A model generated the notes under the pieces. It did not search any database, was not told the origin of the DNA, and was given only the letters and a program-made list of their open reading frames with translations. A DNA stretch of 64,000 nucleotides from the human T2T-CHM13v2.0 reference genome, Homo sapiens. The position numbers and the translations under genes are program-made. Positions 58,871 to 64,000 of this stretch are shown here, piece after piece (positions within the stretch are counted from its first letter, which is position 1; every line of letters begins with the position of its first letter). The DNA lies in NCBI RefSeq assembly GCF_009914755.1, contig NC_060947.1; one strand, written 5' to 3'.

Positions 58871-59435
58871 TTTATTATACTTTAAGTTTTAGGGTACATG
58901 TGCACAACGTGCAGATTTGTTACATATGTATACATGTGCCATGTTGGTGTGCTGCACCCATTAACTCGTCATTTAACATTAGGCATATCTCTTAATGCTA
59001 TCCCTCCCCCCGCCACCACACAACAGGCCCCAGTGTGTGATGTTCCCCTTCCTGTGTCCATGTGTTCTCATTGTTCAATTCCCCCACCTATGAGTGAGAA
59101 CATGCGATGTTTGTTTTTTTGTCCTTGTGATAGTTTACTGAGAATGATGGTTTCCAGCTTCATCCATGTCCCTACAAAGGACATGAACTCATCATTTTTT
59201 ATGGCTGCATAGTATTCCACGGTGTATATGTGCCACATTTTCTTAATCCAGTCTATCATTGTTGGACATTTGGGTTGGTTCCAAGTCTTTGCTATTGTGA
59301 ATAGTGCCAAAATAAACATACGTGTGCATGTGTCTTTATAGCAGCATGTTTCATAATCCTTTGGGTATATACCCAGTAATGGAATGGCTGGGTCAAATGG
59401 TATTTCTAGTTCTAGATCCCTGAGGAATCGCCCAG
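58871..59435 (-). mobile_element. Short 5'-truncated L1PA4-like element with TSD
   Basis: 3'UTR ttaactcgtcatttaacattagg; TGTAGCCATTTT at 58859-58870 and 59436-59447. Confidence 0.9.
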
Positions 59436-59984
59436 TGTAGCCATTTTAATAATTTTTGTTCTTCCTATCCATGATCATGGGATGTTTTTCCATTTGTTTG
59501 TGTCTTCTCTAATTTCTTTGACCAGTGTTTTGTAATTCTCATTATAGAGATCTTTGACTTCCCCAGTTAGCTTTATTCCAAGGTATTTTATTCCATTTGT
59601 GGCAATTTTGAATGGGATTGCCTTTCTGATTTGGATCTCAGTTTAGCTGTTTTTGGTGTATGGGAATGCTACTGATGTTTGTACACGAATTTTTTATCCT
59701 GCAACTTTGCCGAAGTTGTTCGTCAGCTGAAGGAGCTTTGGGGCCAAGACTATGGGGTCATCTAGCTATAGAATTATATCATCTGTAAACAAAGATAGTT
59801 TGACTTCCTCTCTTCCTATTTGGATGCCCTTTATTTCTATCTCTTGCCTGATTGCTCTGGCTAAGCCTTTCAATACTATGTTGAATACATGTGGTGAGAG
59901 AGGGCATCCTTGTCTTGAGCTGGTTTTCAAGGGAAATAATTTCAGCTTTTGCCCACTCACGATAACGTTGGCTATGCATTTGTC

Positions 59985-60255
59985 AAAATAGTAAGATGAC
60001 TCTATTTGTGCTGCTATAATATAAATTTACAGTAGTAATATAAATATATTTGTGCTGCTGTTATAGTAGTAATATAAATTTAAATTTATTAAATTTGTTT
60101 ATTATTATTCCTTTTATATTATTTATATTTATATTTATTATTTACCAGATTTATTAAATAAATTTAATACATAATTTATTAGTTTAAATATATTACATTT
60201 ATTAAATAACTTCAAATATATAACTAAAATAGTAAAATGGCTATTTCGTGTTGCT
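59985..60255. repeat. AT-rich low-complexity insert built from short local repeats
   Basis: AAAATAGTAA x2, TATTTGTGCTGCT x2, TAGTAATATAAAT x2, ATTTATTAAAT x3. Confidence 0.75.
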
Positions 60256-61245
60256 GAATTTGGTGTGTCAGTATTTTGTTGAGGATTTTTGCATCAATGT
60301 TCATCAAGGATATTGGCCTGAAGTTTCTTTGTCGTAGTGTCTCTGCCAGATTTTAAAATAAAGATAATGCTGGCCCCATAGAATGAGTTTAAGAGAAGTC
60401 CTTCCTTCTCAATTTTTAGGAATAGTTTCTGTAGAAATGGTATGAGCTCTTCTTTAACATTTGGTAGAGTTTGGCTGGGAATCCACTGGGTACTGGACTT
60501 TTCTCAGATGGTAAGCTATTTATTGCTGATTCAATTTTGAAGCTCACTACTGGTCAGTTCAGGGAATCAATTTCTTCCTGATTCAGTCTTGGGAGGGTGT
60601 ATGTGTACATGAATTTATCCATCTCTTCTATGTTTTCTAGTTTGTGTGCATAGAGGTGTTCATAGTAGTTTCTGATGATTGTTTTACTTCTGTGGAGTCA
60701 GTGGTAATATTCCCTTCATCATTTCTGATTGTATTTATTTGGATCTTCTCTCTTTTCTTCTTAATTAGTCTGGCTAATAGCCTACTTTCTTAATAAATAA
60801 ACAACGAATTCCTTTATTCATTCATCTTTTGACTGGTTTTCTGTGTCTCAATTTTCTTCACTTCAGCTTTAATTTTTGTTATTTCTCATATTCTGCTAAA
60901 ATTGGGGTTGATTTGTTCTAGCTGTTCTGATTATTTTACTTCTGAAGTAAGCTTGTTAATTTGAGATCTTTGTAACTTTGGGGCATGGGCATTTAGTAAC
61001 ATAAATTTCCCTCTTAACACTGTCCTTGCTGTGTCCTAGAGATTGTGGTACATTTTATCTTTGTTTTTACTACTTTCTAAGAACTTCTTGAGTTCTGCCT
61101 TAACTTTATTATTTACACAAAAGTCATTCAGAAGAAGGTTGTTCAATTTACATGGAATTGTATGGTTTTGAGCAATTTTCTTAGTCCTGATTTCCAATTT
61201 TATTGTGCTGTTGTCAAACAGAGTAGTTGTTATAACTTCATGATT

Positions 61246-64000
<2,755 letters not shown>

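Larger units (their letters stand above)
58683..61245 (-). mobile_element. Older L1P antisense ORF2 fragment, interrupted by an L1PA4 and an AT-rich insert
   Basis: Minus [31 protein letters not shown] (59766-59960). Confidence 0.75.

Overview
Human (hominoid) genomic DNA with no recognisable host protein-coding gene or RNA gene. By my own boundaries roughly three quarters of the window is LINE-1 of many ages (L1M, L1PB, L1PA16 to L1PA3, L1HS), heavily nested. The rest is Tigger1, MER45, MaLR LTRs, L2, MIR, four Alus and a repeat-poorer island at about 30.3-34.3 kb. The standout is a very young 5'-truncated L1HS-Ta1 insertion (47279-50680). It has a 16-bp TSD, an uninterrupted 1010-codon ORF2 lacking the endonuclease domain, and a two-tier 3' transduction (A26-GAATTGT-A12-57 nt non-L1 DNA-A39) that should identify its source element. 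An older L1PA7-like insertion (7635-10773) appears to carry a ~1.45-kb 3' transduction inside a TSD-resolved three-level L1 nest. A human-specific AluYa5, a solo poly(A) insertion, TSD-less L1 chimeras and a templated AT-rich repair scar are also visible. Subfamily names come from recalled consensus motifs, not from a RepeatMasker run, and boundaries without TSDs are approximate.
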